From the NCBI GenBank assembly GCA_003671255.1, contig QWPF01000001.1, positions 27,479-91,478 of the forward strand: DNA of 64,000 nt, read 5' to 3'. The position numbers and the translations under genes are program-made. This document shows, one piece after another, positions 27,401-38,600 of this stretch; position 1 is the stretch's first letter; each line of letters starts with the position of its first letter. Below the pieces are notes generated by a model. It saw nothing but the letters and a program-made list of their open reading frames with translations. It was not told the DNA's origin and did not search any database. The DNA is from Planctomycetota bacterium. Its GTDB lineage: Bacteria; Planctomycetota; Planctomycetia; Gemmatales; Gemmataceae.

Positions 27401-28794
27401 ATTGGTTTTAATGAGTTGAGAATCACATGCACTACTATGTCAATTTCCTCGGTTTTAAGGGTTCGTAAATCTAAAACGATTTTGTCCTCTTTTATCCGGG
27501 TAAATAGGGAAGGTTCAGCGGTTCTAAGTTTGTGAGATAAAGATTGTGTATCGAGATTGGGAGCTGAGAAATCGACCACCCAAGTAGGCATTTGCTGATC
27601 TGGTAAAGTTCCGCCTCCTGCAAAACCTTCACTGATTTTAGCTTCAACCTTATCGCACAAGCCGATTTGCTTTAATTTGGTTTCTAATTGAATAGCTTTT
27701 TCGTGTAGTTCATCCATGGAAACAGAGAGCATTTTCAAGGTGGGAATTTTCTGGCTTACCGTGCTTGAATTTAGATGAAGCAATAAGGTTTGTTCGAGTG
27801 CAGCAAGGTTCATTTTGTCGAGTCTGAAAGCTCGCATCAGTGGGTCGCTTTCAATCTTATCAACCCATTCTTTTTTACCTGCGATAATTCCAGCTTGAGG
27901 GCCACCTAAAAGTTTATCTCCACTGAAAAGCGTCAAGTCTGCCCCAAGTGAAATACTTGTAACAGGGTTAGGTTCCTCATCAAAACCCTTGCAATTAAGC
28001 GGTATTACCGCCCCGCTGCCTGCATCGTCAATAACGGGGATGTTGTGCTTTTTTCCAAGCTCAATTAGTTCTTCAATGGTTACGGATTGCGTGAAACCAT
28101 TGATTTTGTAATTGCTGGTATGAACTCTGATTAGGGCGCCTGTGTTTGGCCCAATTGCAGATTCATAATCTTTGATTCGGGTGATATTGGTGGAACCCAC
28201 TTCCCTCATAATGGCGTTGCTGACTTTCATGATTTCTGGAAGTCGGAAGCTCCCGCCTATTTCAATTAATTGGCCCCGGGAAATAATCACTTCTTTATTT
28301 TCAGCAACAGATTTTAAGACGATTATAGTTGCAGCTGCACAATTATTTACAACCGTGGCAGATTGGCACTTAAGTAACTTGCATATCCATTCTCTTACAG
28401 AATCCTGCCTGGAAGATCGCTTTCCTGTTTCGATATCTACTTCAAGATTGATATAGCCAGAGGCAGCCAGGTACGCTGCTTTCGCAGCTTCTTCTGCCAT
28501 AGGTGAACGGCCAAGATTAGTGTGTAAAACAATGCCAGTTGCATTGATAACTTTTCTTAGTTTTGGTTTGAAATGCAAAGTCAATCGATTGCAAACGGCC
28601 AAGCCAATGGATTCGGGTGAGGTATTTAAGGGTGGAGAGTTATCTTTGCTTAATGAGTTTCGAAGTTCATCGAGATAAAGCCTGATTTCTGAAACGACAT
28701 TTTCTTGACCCAGAGTAAGGGTAAGATCATGAATAGCCTTGATTTTAAGGATAACATGAACAGCAGGCAGGCTTCGAAAATTATTATTGGTCAT
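27397..28794 (-). CDS. selA: L-seryl-tRNA(Sec) selenium transferase
   Basis: [23 protein letters not shown]-lysine context [15 protein letters not shown]. Start overlaps the selB stop by 11 nt. Confidence 0.9.
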   Translation of the reverse strand: MTNNNFRSLPAVHVILKIKAIHDLTLTLGQENVVSEIRLYLDELRNSLSKDNSPPLNTSPESIGLAVCNRLTLHFKPKLRKVINATGIVLHTNLGRSPMAEEAAKAAYLAASGYINLEVDIETGKRSSRQDSVREWICKLLKCQSATVVNNCAAATIIVLKSVAENKEVIISRGQLIEIGGSFRLPEIMKVSNAIMREVGSTNITRIKDYESAIGPNTGALIRVHTSNYKINGFTQSVTIEELIELGKKHNIPVIDDAGSGAVIPLNCKGFDEEPNPVTSISLGADLTLFSGDKLLGGPQAGIIAGKKEWVDKIESDPLMRAFRLDKMNLAALEQTLLLHLNSSTVSQKIPTLKMLSVSMDELHEKAIQLETKLKQIGLCDKVEAKISEGFAGGGTLPDQQMPTWVVDFSAPNLDTQSLSHKLRTAEPSLFTRIKEDKIVLDLRTLKTEEIDIVVHVILNSLKPI

Positions 28795-30742
28795 GTTCTA
28801 AGTTTTCTTGAGGGGTTTTTAACTGCTTTAAGGGAGGGTACCTAAGGTCGCCTTCCCTTCTAGTTGTTCCGATCTTATCGAGATGTTCGCAGAAAGGCAC
28901 TGCATATTTTCGCGAAGTTTTTAACAAATCTCTTATTTCCGCAACAGTCAAACCTTTGCCATTTTCAAGTGCGTTTGAAACTAAGCAACGCATTTCTTGT
29001 TCAACATCGTAGTCAAGGTATAAGTCGTCTTGCAAGCAGACTAATTTTCCCTCTTGAACGCTAAGGTTAAAGAGTTCTTGCAGTTGGATTTTCTGCCCTC
29101 CAAGGTGATTGATGAAATCTTCCATGGGTGGAGGTGCAAACTTTGCCTCGCGATAAGTTGAGTGGATTTTCTCGAGAAGTTTTCTTTGGTTGTTTGATAA
29201 CTTAGGTTTGAAAGCTGTTAACCCAATTCGCCTTTTGTTGCCAGTGAGGATTTTTTGTGCAATCATCTGGTCAATCAAATCCTGAACTAGTGCATCATCA
29301 GCGACATAGGCTAATTCGCTGGTAACGCGCTGGCGTTCGTGTGTTGATATCAATGGGTTTTCTGCGTGGAGAGATTCTAGGATAGTGGTTGTTTTGGTTT
29401 TTAAATCAATGATCAATTGATTATCGATTATTTTTTTTCTTCCTGTCGAGGTGTTGATTTCAAAAAGTGCTCCATCTTCCAAACCTAGTTTTAATTGCTC
29501 GTTGATTGCACTTGGATCAATACCAGTGAAAAGAGGCAATGATTCTTCATTGATTCCTTTGAAACCTGCAAACCAAGCTGCAGCTTTTAGCTTTAATACA
29601 TCTACCCCTGAAGCAAGATCGTTAAGCATTTGAATAGAGTGAGAATGCCTTCTGCGGATTTTACCTGCAGTTGGCTGGATAACATTTCCTCCGCCAAGGG
29701 TTGCGGTTGCTGAACTATTTCGGATTACAAAAGGTTGGCCCCAAGAAGCGGTTATGGGTTCTTTTAAAAACAATTGCGCAAGGCCTGGTTTCCCAGGTGC
29801 AATTGCATCGTCTTCCAATATGGATAAGGTTCCTAGAATTTCGGAAGTTCCTAGATGAAGCCTGACGGGTAATCGATGCTTCAAGGGTTTTTTTCTTTCT
29901 TTTGCGCAGTGCAAAACGACTGAAATTATTTTAGCAGGGAACAAATACCCAGGCGTTGCAAGTTCCTGACCCCTTACTACTTCATGGTGATCGATTCCAG
30001 CCAAATTGATGGCACAGCGCTGCCCCTCGGAAGATTGTTTGATATTTTTTGCGTGAGATTGCAAAGATCGAACCCGTACAGTTTTTCTATCCGGGAAAAG
30101 CTCTAATTCGTCGCCCTCACTTACTTTACCCGTATATACAGTCCCGGTTACAACCGCTCCATAGCCGTGAACTGCAAATGACCTATCAATGGGCAATCGA
30201 AAAAAGTGCTGTTCTTTTTTTGCTTCAATACCTGCGCAAATCTCTGTGATTTTGGTTTTAAGTTCAGCAATACCTTTGCCAGTGGTTGCTGAGGTTTGAA
30301 TAATTGGGGCATTTTCAAATGCTGACCCCTCGAGTAATTCGCGGATTTCCATTTCCACGACTTCGAGTGTATCGGAATCCCCAAGGTCGCATTTGGTTAA
30401 AGCTACAAGTCCATGTTTGATCTTTAAGAATTTAAGTATTTCAAGATGTTCTCTTGTTTGTGGCATAACTGAATCATCGGCTGCAACAATTAAAAGGGCG
30501 ATATCAAAACCAGTGGCACCAGCCAGCATGTTCTTGATGAATTTTTCATGACCTGGAACATCAATAATTCCAATTCGATAGCCCGGAAGATCAAGATTTG
30601 CAAAGCCCAGATCAATGGTGATACCCCGCGCTTTTTCTTCTGGTAATCGATCGCAATCAATTCCAGTAAGTGCCTTTACAAGGCTGGTTTTGCCATGATC
30701 AATATGGCCCGCAGTTCCTAGTATCAGATCTCTCTTTAGCAT
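28784..30742 (-). CDS. selB: Selenocysteine-specific translation elongation factor
   Basis: [48 protein letters not shown]. Long C-terminal winged-helix region typical of SelB. Confidence 0.9.
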   Translation of the reverse strand: MLKRDLILGTAGHIDHGKTSLVKALTGIDCDRLPEEKARGITIDLGFANLDLPGYRIGIIDVPGHEKFIKNMLAGATGFDIALLIVAADDSVMPQTREHLEILKFLKIKHGLVALTKCDLGDSDTLEVVEMEIRELLEGSAFENAPIIQTSATTGKGIAELKTKITEICAGIEAKKEQHFFRLPIDRSFAVHGYGAVVTGTVYTGKVSEGDELELFPDRKTVRVRSLQSHAKNIKQSSEGQRCAINLAGIDHHEVVRGQELATPGYLFPAKIISVVLHCAKERKKPLKHRLPVRLHLGTSEILGTLSILEDDAIAPGKPGLAQLFLKEPITASWGQPFVIRNSSATATLGGGNVIQPTAGKIRRRHSHSIQMLNDLASGVDVLKLKAAAWFAGFKGINEESLPLFTGIDPSAINEQLKLGLEDGALFEINTSTGRKKIIDNQLIIDLKTKTTTILESLHAENPLISTHERQRVTSELAYVADDALVQDLIDQMIAQKILTGNKRRIGLTAFKPKLSNNQRKLLEKIHSTYREAKFAPPPMEDFINHLGGQKIQLQELFNLSVQEGKLVCLQDDLYLDYDVEQEMRCLVSNALENGKGLTVAEIRDLLKTSRKYAVPFCEHLDKIGTTRREGDLRYPPLKQLKTPQENLEHDQ

Positions 30743-30755
30743 ATTTTCCTTACAA

Positions 30756-33700
30756 TTACTGTTTTAAGCTTGCAAGATACTCCACTAAATCCCTAAGTTC
30801 ATACCTGCTTAATTGCTTGTAAAGATCAGCGGGCATTGCGGATTTACCCGCTTTCTTTTCGTCGATGTCGGTTTTTTTTACGGTGATCAACTTTCCCTCA
30901 AAATCCATCAGGACAAGTTCATTTGGTTTGTCTTGTTTTAAAATACCAGTCACTGTTTTGCCATTTGACAGCACTAACAACAACGATTCAAATCCTTTAG
31001 CAATGTTTTTTTCAGGCAAAATAAGCGACTCAAGCAGGTATTCGCGTTTCTGTTTGCTTCCTATGCCGTTGAGTTCTGGACCAACATCACCGCCCTGCCC
31101 TTCAACTTTATGGCATCGAAGGCAAGCGACGGCAATTTTCTGAAAGAAAACATTTTTTCCTGCTTCTTTGTCTCCACCTTCAAGTGCAAAAGCCATTGCG
31201 TTAGGCTTGGAAATATCATCTTGAATTAAGTTTTTAGATTCTCCAATCCCAGCTTTTAGGCCTGCCTCTGCAATTTCAAGAAGAACGCCTGGTTGAGTTT
31301 TTCCCGAAGTGGCATCTTGAACCAAACCTTTAAGCTTGTCTTTTGATGAAGGGCTTTTACTTTCTCCAAGAATTCCAATAAGGGCTTGCTGTTCTTTTAA
31401 TGATCCCTTTTTGAAGATCGTTTCCGCAGATTTTTCAGGGTAGTCTGGTTGAAGATGCGAATAAACACGAATGGCCTCGGCCCGTACGAGGTCTGAGGCA
31501 TCGGCTAAAGCGGCTTCAGCAAGAGATTTGGTTTCCGGGGCCTTCAAGGAATTGAGGGCTTTAAGCGAATCTGCTCTAAACTTTCCCTCAAGGGAATTGT
31601 TTTTCAACGATGTGATTAATTCTGGAATGATCTCATTTATTTTTAGAGCTGCTGCTACTCGGATTGTTTCTTTGCTGATTTTAATATCTGCACCAAGAAG
31701 TGCGGGCAGGTTGGTTTTTAACGCATTAATCGCATCGGCTGTATTTGCAGCCTTTGTTGGTCGAGCTAACCCTGTAATAAAATCCCTTTTACCCTCTTCG
31801 CCCCATTTTTCAAGATATTCTAAAGCTTCCATACGGATTTCATTAGGTGTTTGCTGTTTTGCTGCAAGCTTTGCGATTTCGATTGCGTTTTGGTTTGTTC
31901 CTATTCTTCGATTTGCAGCCAGAACTCTTCGGAGATTATGAGTTGTTTTTGTATTACCTAGGGTTATCGTTTGCGCTAAATCCGTTAAAGATTTTGCAAT
32001 AGGGATATCGTATATTGCACGCGCAGCCTCATCTGCTATTTCTTGGTTTGAATCAGTCAAGAAGTTGCTTATTTCTTCACTTTCAAGCTGCCTTAATGCA
32101 AGAGTTGCACCCATCCGAATTCCAGGAGAATTGTTTTTTGCATAAGCAGATAATGCCTTGGCATCGTTGATAGCAGCAAGTGCAACCACGCAACCATGGC
32201 GGAGGTAAACATCTTTGTTCTGGTTTTTATCTAGCAGCTCAATCAGGGCTGGAATATTTTCAATTGAAGGAAGTTTCACCAACGCTTGGGATGCAAAAAA
32301 CTGCACGCGTGGTTCCGAATCATTAAGCATTGCAAGTAAAGGCTTACGAGCTTCTTTTGCCTTAAGTTCGCCTAATACTTTTGCGGATTGAGCTCGAATT
32401 TCAGGGTCTTTATCGTTAAGCAAAGGTAATAGAATAGGAATCACAGAAGCTCCATCCTTCCTGCCAATTTGGCCAAGTCCCCAGATGGCATGCATTCTGG
32501 AAAACAGGGATGTTTCCCCTTTGGCGACTGAAGCAAATTTGGTTATGGAACTTGAACCTTTTTCAGCAAGTGCAAATTGAGATTCTCTTCGAACTCTTAA
32601 GTCCACATGTTCAAGCAACTTGATCAATTCAATATCAGAACGGTTTTCGAAACCCTCGCCTAGAAGTGTTTTAACTTCTTTGGTTATTGGGCTTGCAGAT
32701 TCTTTATCATCTGAAAGTTTGTAGATTCTGCCTTTCCCCGGTTTGTTCCAGCCATTGACCCAGTCTGATACATACATGTTTCCATCAGGTCCAAAATCAA
32801 CATCAGTAGCTAGGATTGACCATAGAAACTGTTTCGGGTTTTGCATGGAAAACCCAGCACCTTCTTTTTTAAAGGAAAAAGACCAGATACCACTGTTGGC
32901 AGGTGCGCCCCTGAAGTCGCAAAGGAAAAAGTGGTTGTCGTATTCTTTAGAGAATCCTGTACCAGGGTAGTAAACTAGGCCAGAAGGGCCCGAACTCATA
33001 TTGATCATAGGCGGTATGATGTAATTGGGTTGACCTTCAAAGCGAGGTTTCCAAAGTCCTTCCGCGTTCCATGGCCCTCGGGCATTTGGCTTTTCGATGA
33101 ATTGGTAACCAAATCTCCAGCCACTGTCGCCGCCTTCAACCAGATAAATAGCGCGAGCCTGGTCGCCGCCATCGGAGTTGTTGTCAACCGTGAATAAGTT
33201 TCCGTAAGCATCAAAGGCAAGTTCTTGAGGATTTCGAAGGCCTTTGTAGAACACTTCTAAGTTCGAGCCATCTTGATCGCATCGAAAAACAGCCCCCATG
33301 TTGGGAAGGTTTATTTTGTTTTTAGGATTCGAGATATTGGTCCCTCGATCGCCAATGCTAAAATAAATCTTTCCATCCATCCCCATGGTAAGGCCATGTA
33401 AGTCGTGGCCAATGAAGGCAATATGAACACCGAAGCCGTTGTGCAAAGAAGTTCTTGAGTCGGCTTTGCCTTGGTTTTTTGTGTCTTGCAATAACCAAAG
33501 GTCTGGGATGCAAGTGAACCAAGTTTTATTTCCACGAACAAGAATGCCTGCTGCAATTCCTGCGGGAATACTATTGAAGCCATCCGCATAAACTTCAGAA
33601 AAGTCTGCTTTGCCATCGCCATCACGGTCGATGATAATCTTGATGCGATCGTGATCTTTTTGGAAGTCGTGTGGTTTTTCAGCAGCAATATTCTGAAGAA

Positions 33701-34028
33701 GTTTAGTGCGATCTTCGACGGATTTTAATCCAAGGTCATCATCCAGCCATTTCATGTAGCTGCGAATATCCAAAGCTCCGGTGTGTAAGCGAAAAGTTTC
33801 AACGACAAAAAAGCGATTTTTATTATCAATGGTAAATGCAACGGGGTTAGCAAGGTGAGGCTCTGCAGCAAAAAGTTTGAGATTAAATCCTTTGGGGACT
33901 TTAAACCCGCCCAGTGCTTTTTGCGCCTCATCGGATTCTTTTGAAATAGTGGGGGTATAAACTGGCTTGGCATCTTGATGAATAGGAAGATGAGCAAGCG
34001 AGAAAATCAAAATCATACTAGAAATCAT
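30756..34028 (-). CDS. PVC-type membrane-bound dehydrogenase-like beta-propeller / HEAT-repeat / C-terminal CxxCH heme-binding protein
   Basis: Signal peptide. Propeller-like N-terminal half. HEAT-like repeats (DPEIRAQSAKVLGEL, EPRVQFFASQAL). CLRCH at 31110-31124 followed by GPELNGIG. This architecture is typical of Planctomycetes/Verrucomicrobia. Confidence 0.8.
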   Translation of the reverse strand: MISSMILIFSLAHLPIHQDAKPVYTPTISKESDEAQKALGGFKVPKGFNLKLFAAEPHLANPVAFTIDNKNRFFVVETFRLHTGALDIRSYMKWLDDDLGLKSVEDRTKLLQNIAAEKPHDFQKDHDRIKIIIDRDGDGKADFSEVYADGFNSIPAGIAAGILVRGNKTWFTCIPDLWLLQDTKNQGKADSRTSLHNGFGVHIAFIGHDLHGLTMGMDGKIYFSIGDRGTNISNPKNKINLPNMGAVFRCDQDGSNLEVFYKGLRNPQELAFDAYGNLFTVDNNSDGGDQARAIYLVEGGDSGWRFGYQFIEKPNARGPWNAEGLWKPRFEGQPNYIIPPMINMSSGPSGLVYYPGTGFSKEYDNHFFLCDFRGAPANSGIWSFSFKKEGAGFSMQNPKQFLWSILATDVDFGPDGNMYVSDWVNGWNKPGKGRIYKLSDDKESASPITKEVKTLLGEGFENRSDIELIKLLEHVDLRVRRESQFALAEKGSSSITKFASVAKGETSLFSRMHAIWGLGQIGRKDGASVIPILLPLLNDKDPEIRAQSAKVLGELKAKEARKPLLAMLNDSEPRVQFFASQALVKLPSIENIPALIELLDKNQNKDVYLRHGCVVALAAINDAKALSAYAKNNSPGIRMGATLALRQLESEEISNFLTDSNQEIADEAARAIYDIPIAKSLTDLAQTITLGNTKTTHNLRRVLAANRRIGTNQNAIEIAKLAAKQQTPNEIRMEALEYLEKWGEEGKRDFITGLARPTKAANTADAINALKTNLPALLGADIKISKETIRVAAALKINEIIPELITSLKNNSLEGKFRADSLKALNSLKAPETKSLAEAALADASDLVRAEAIRVYSHLQPDYPEKSAETIFKKGSLKEQQALIGILGESKSPSSKDKLKGLVQDATSGKTQPGVLLEIAEAGLKAGIGESKNLIQDDISKPNAMAFALEGGDKEAGKNVFFQKIAVACLRCHKVEGQGGDVGPELNGIGSKQKREYLLESLILPEKNIAKGFESLLLVLSNGKTVTGILKQDKPNELVLMDFEGKLITVKKTDIDEKKAGKSAMPADLYKQLSRYELRDLVEYLASLKQ

Positions 34029-34215
34029 GATTTATCCTGTAAAAGGGATTAAATATTGGAGGACCAAGTTTGGTAAATCTAGCAAAAATCGTTCAGTGAG
34101 TCTTGCCCATGTTAAGCTTGGTACAATTATTTCCAAGGGTTGATATTGCCCAAACCTCTTCTTTGGCGTTACCTTAGCCTATCTTACCAGTTTTATCGCT
34201 AACAGGGAGAGTCAT

Positions 34216-35541
34216 TTGGGCATAGAAGCTAAGGAAAGTGCACCAGTAATAGAACCCAAGTTATGGTTTGGCTTAAGTGCCAAGGTTTGGTTTTTAGTAT
34301 TTCTTACCCTGTTTTTTGTAGGCCAAAGCATTAAGTATGCGATGAAAGTGTCAGAAAAAAGATCAGCAATCCAGCGCTGGCAACCCCAAATCCTTGGCCT
34401 CGATTCTGGCGAAGACCTTTCCCAAAAGTATCAGTATCCAAATCCCCCAATAATGGCGCTACTGCTTTATCCCTTAGCCAAGATGCCTCCAATGGTAATG
34501 GCTTTGCTTTGGTATTACATGAAGGTTGCCATGATTATCCTTTGTTTTCATTGGATATTTAATTTTATAGAGAAGGATGGAATGGCCTTTCCTTTATGGG
34601 CGAAAGCCTTGACGGTGTTATTGGCATTGCGCCCCATTACCGGAGATTTGCAGCATGGAAATGTGAATATTTTTATTCTTTTTGCTGTGATAGCTGGGTT
34701 GCATCTTTACACACTTCGTTGGGATGTTACCGGAGGAATATGCATCGGATTGGCGATTGCATGTAAAGTGACACCTGCGCTTTTCATTCCTTATTTCTTT
34801 TGGAAACGCTCATGGAACATGCTACTAGGAATCGGTTTAGGGCTTATGCTGTTCCTTTGGCCAGGCGTTTTCCCAAGTTTGATTCTTGGTTTTGACGAAA
34901 ACCAGAAGCAGCTTTATTCTTGGTATACCGAGATGGTTTATCCCTTTGTTATTGAGGGTAAAGTTTGGAGCGAGCATAATAATCAGTCTTTGCCTGGTCT
35001 GATGTATCGGATTTTTACCCATAGTCCTTCTTTTTCTGATTATGTCGAAGGCGTTTATACTCCCCTGGAATATCACAATGTTGCTGATCTTCCTGTTTCG
35101 ATTATCAGATTGATTCTCAAGGCATCTTTGGGCGTTTTTGCGTTATGTGTGGTGTTTTGTTGCAGGACGCCCTCAAATAACCGCGGTGGTTGGGCTTTGT
35201 CTGCAGAATTTGCAATTATTTGTCTGGGGATGCTTTTGTTTAGCGAGCGAACTTGGAAGCATCATTGTGTCACATTGGTTTTACCTTTTGCTGTTCTAAG
35301 CTATTTTCTTGCAACATGCCTTAAAACCAAAGCAAGCTATGTTCTTCCCGTTGGTACTATTTTCGTTGCTACTTTGTTGATGACGCTTACAAGTACAGGC
35401 CTTCTTGAGGATGATTTTGCCAAGGAAGCCCAAGTGTATGGCTGTTATGTTTGGGCATTTATCTTAATGATGGTATGCCTTTTCATCGTGCTTTATAGGA
35501 ACAATAAAAAGACCATGACAGTTGTAGTTGCAAGTAATTAA
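34216..35541 (+). CDS. Polytopic membrane protein, GT87/DUF2029-like glycosyltransferase
   Basis: About 10 or more hydrophobic helices. ITGDLQHGNVNIFILF resembles the DUF2029 conserved loop. TTG start is uncertain. Confidence 0.55.
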   Translation: MGIEAKESAPVIEPKLWFGLSAKVWFLVFLTLFFVGQSIKYAMKVSEKRSAIQRWQPQILGLDSGEDLSQKYQYPNPPIMALLLYPLAKMPPMVMALLWYYMKVAMIILCFHWIFNFIEKDGMAFPLWAKALTVLLALRPITGDLQHGNVNIFILFAVIAGLHLYTLRWDVTGGICIGLAIACKVTPALFIPYFFWKRSWNMLLGIGLGLMLFLWPGVFPSLILGFDENQKQLYSWYTEMVYPFVIEGKVWSEHNNQSLPGLMYRIFTHSPSFSDYVEGVYTPLEYHNVADLPVSIIRLILKASLGVFALCVVFCCRTPSNNRGGWALSAEFAIICLGMLLFSERTWKHHCVTLVLPFAVLSYFLATCLKTKASYVLPVGTIFVATLLMTLTSTGLLEDDFAKEAQVYGCYVWAFILMMVCLFIVLYRNNKKTMTVVVASN

Positions 35542-35561
35542 AAATATCGATGAGCAAATGC

Positions 35562-35599
35562 AAAAGTCGGTGTGCTTGTAATTAAGCACACCGACTTTT
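35562..35599. terminator. Strong bidirectional intrinsic terminator
   Basis: 16-bp perfect stem AAAAGTCGGTGTGCTT / AAGCACACCGACTTTT, loop GTAATT. Lies between convergent genes. Confidence 0.8.
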
Positions 35600-35614
35600 G
35601 TTTTGATCAGTTGA

Positions 35615-38600
35615 TTAAGGATTCACATTTGGCGGAGCTTTGTAGCCAGTCTGGTAGAACTCTTCTTCTTCCTGAATGATAATCCTAGGTGTTACCATGA
35701 TCAGTAAGCTTTCAGCTTCTCGACCATAGGAAGTGTTTCTGAAAAGCCTATTGAGGTAAGGAATCTTGCTAAGAATCGGAGGTCCGTATTCATTTCTAGA
35801 TTCGGATAGCCGTTTGATACCACCCATAAGCACCGTGCCACCATCTGGAACTGATACCGTGGTTTGTACTGCAATCGTATTGATAACAGGCTGCTGAATG
35901 TACTGGGTGAAGGTAACTGGATCACCAGGGTTTGTGGAAAGAGCACTGGAACTAGGGAAAATAGGAACCACAACAGGGAAAAGTGATACAGGTCCAGGTA
36001 CAAGGTTTGTTAAGGTGACAGGAATATTTAGCCTTACTGTTCTGCGATCTGCAGAGATAAGAGGTTGCACATTCATGTAAACACCGAATGGGAACGCTTG
36101 AACCGTCGGGGCAAAAGCGATATTACCATTAACAAGTGTTGACACATTTACACCCGTTACAAAGAACTGGTTTTCAGCAACAATAATGTTTGCGTTTTGA
36201 CCGTTAAACATAGTTAATTTCGGGGCTTGCATAACATTGGTTCTACGATCACCTTGAACTGCTTCCATGAATAGAAAGACTTGAATATCGCTTAGAAACG
36301 CCAAACCCATCGCAAGACCACCAGCGCCAGGCAATCCTGGGTATCCACCGAAAGAGGGCATTGCTAGCGGATAAGATGATTGTTTGATCGGGATATCAAG
36401 GTCGCTGGTGAAATTACCAGAGGGCGTGATACCGGCTATCATACGATCAAAGTTTGGATCGTTGATGTAACCTGAGGGCTTGTACTGTCCGGATTGAATC
36501 TGTGGTTCAAACCGTTGAGTGTTTTTGTCTGTCTTGATGTTAAGGTTAAAGTCTACACCAATTCGTTCGTAAAAATCTTCAGCGATACTGATGAAGCGTA
36601 TTTCAACTGCAACTTCCTGATCTTGCAATCTCCTTAGCGCGGTAAGAAGGTCTGCAACTTGTTCCTGAATGTCAGGTGATTGATTTATAACTAGGGCCAT
36701 GGTCAATGGGAAATATTCTATGGTTCCGGGTCCGCCCATGTTGTTCCATGCCTGGGGAGAAATGGTGCTGGTTAATAATTTAATCAGCATTTCTTCCATG
36801 GTCTGGCTGTTTTTCTTGCTCGTTGAAACATTCCCATTGGTTGCTGTGCCAGATGGTGTGCCTGTTGGCGTGCCCCCAGTCATGCTGTTGGAGTTCATCA
36901 ATGGACTGGTAGCATTGGTGCTATTGGCCGGTTGTTGGTTAGCAGAAATCCCGAGGATTGGTGAAAGAGAGTTCGTAAGCAAAGGGTTGACATAGTTTTC
37001 AACAGGGATCACCAAGTCTGCAACTTGATAAGTTACAGTCTGAAGTTTGCCCCTTGCGTGCGATTCAGTTGTTATCTGAAGAACTTCATCTTTAATCACA
37101 TAGGTCAAATGCGCGCTGTGCAACAAAAGATTTAATGCGCTCTTAAGCGATACCTGCTCCAGTTTAAGGCTTACCGGCCTGTCGAGGCTGATTCCTTCTT
37201 GTTCCAATGCTGGCATATCAGGCACAATGTTAATCCCGTAAAAACTTCGTAGGTCTTCAATTGCATCCTTTAGAAGAATGTTGTTGAAATTTAGATTAAC
37301 CGGCATGCTTAGCTTACTTTCAATTTCTTTTTCTTTGTCACTCTTCCTTGTGGTGCTGGTGATGGAAGTGAGGTTTTTGCGTTTGTTACGGCGATCAGCC
37401 ATTTCTGGATTCGTATCAAGTGGCTTGTCCATTTCTAGAGCTGGCCCTACTTTATCCGTGGCATTAAGCCCATCCAAGAAGAAGGTTTCTTTTTCAGATT
37501 TAAGCTTCTTGGCAACATTGATGTTTCTTTGGGTCTTTGCCATGCTCATACCAGCAGCAGCCATTGCGTTATCTGGATCTAATTCATGTGCCCTCATGGC
37601 ATAGCTTTCAGCTTCCAGATATTTGCCTTCTTTGAAATTCTGATTGAATTGTTTCATCAGATCCGCAACTTTCTTTTGTTTGTTATCATCAGCAAGCTGT
37701 TTCTGCCCGATTGCATTGATCTTGTCTTTCTGCCCACCATCCTTGGCAAGCATTTCTTTTTGGGCTTTCATAAGCTTGAAATGTTGGAGTCTTGATTCGA
37801 CAGGTCTTCGTAAAAAAGCCATTTTGCCTGGATCAAGATCGTTGCTGTTCAGTTCGTTTAAGTATTCTGTAAGCATCTCGATCCCAGCTTCGGTTTGACC
37901 AGCTTGGAATTTTTCCATTGCTTCGCGCTGAAGATCCAAACCTTGTTGCCTCATTTGGCCGAATTTAACTTCGCGAAGTTGATTGGTAGCTTCAAGAAGA
38001 TCTATTTCCCCTTCTTCTTTAGGCTTTGCTGTAGCGTTTACATTATTGGTAGGGGCTGGTTTTGTGCGAATATCAGTTGTACCCTTGACTAAAGACAGCG
38101 CGCTCTTTTCCTTGGGTTGCATTTCTGCAGTCATTAATATTTCTTTTAACTTCTGCTGGCGATCCTTATCAAGGTTCTTTTCTGTCAATGTTGAAATCAT
38201 TGTCTTTGATTGTTCATAATCTTTGCGATTGTATGCAGATAAAGCTGCATCAAAGGTACGCCTGGTTTCAAGCATTTTTTGATTTACATCTTCAATATCA
38301 ATGCTGCGAAGCACCGATGCTGCTTCTTCTTTGACTCCATAAGTTCCCTGATAGGCTTCAACTGCAAGTTTTCTTGCAGCAACCAATTGGCCACTTCGAA
38401 GCTCCAAACGGGATTTCTCCAGCAAAGCCTTGCCTTGGTTTGATTCTGCCATGGATTCGCTTGCAATAATCGCACTTCCAGGAACCTTGGTTTTAACTAA
38501 TCCTAGTTGAACTTTTTTTGATTCAATGCTTGCAGTGTCTTGCCCAAACGATTTTGAAAGATTGATTGCACTTTCAAGAGCTTGGTTTGCAGCCTCAGTT

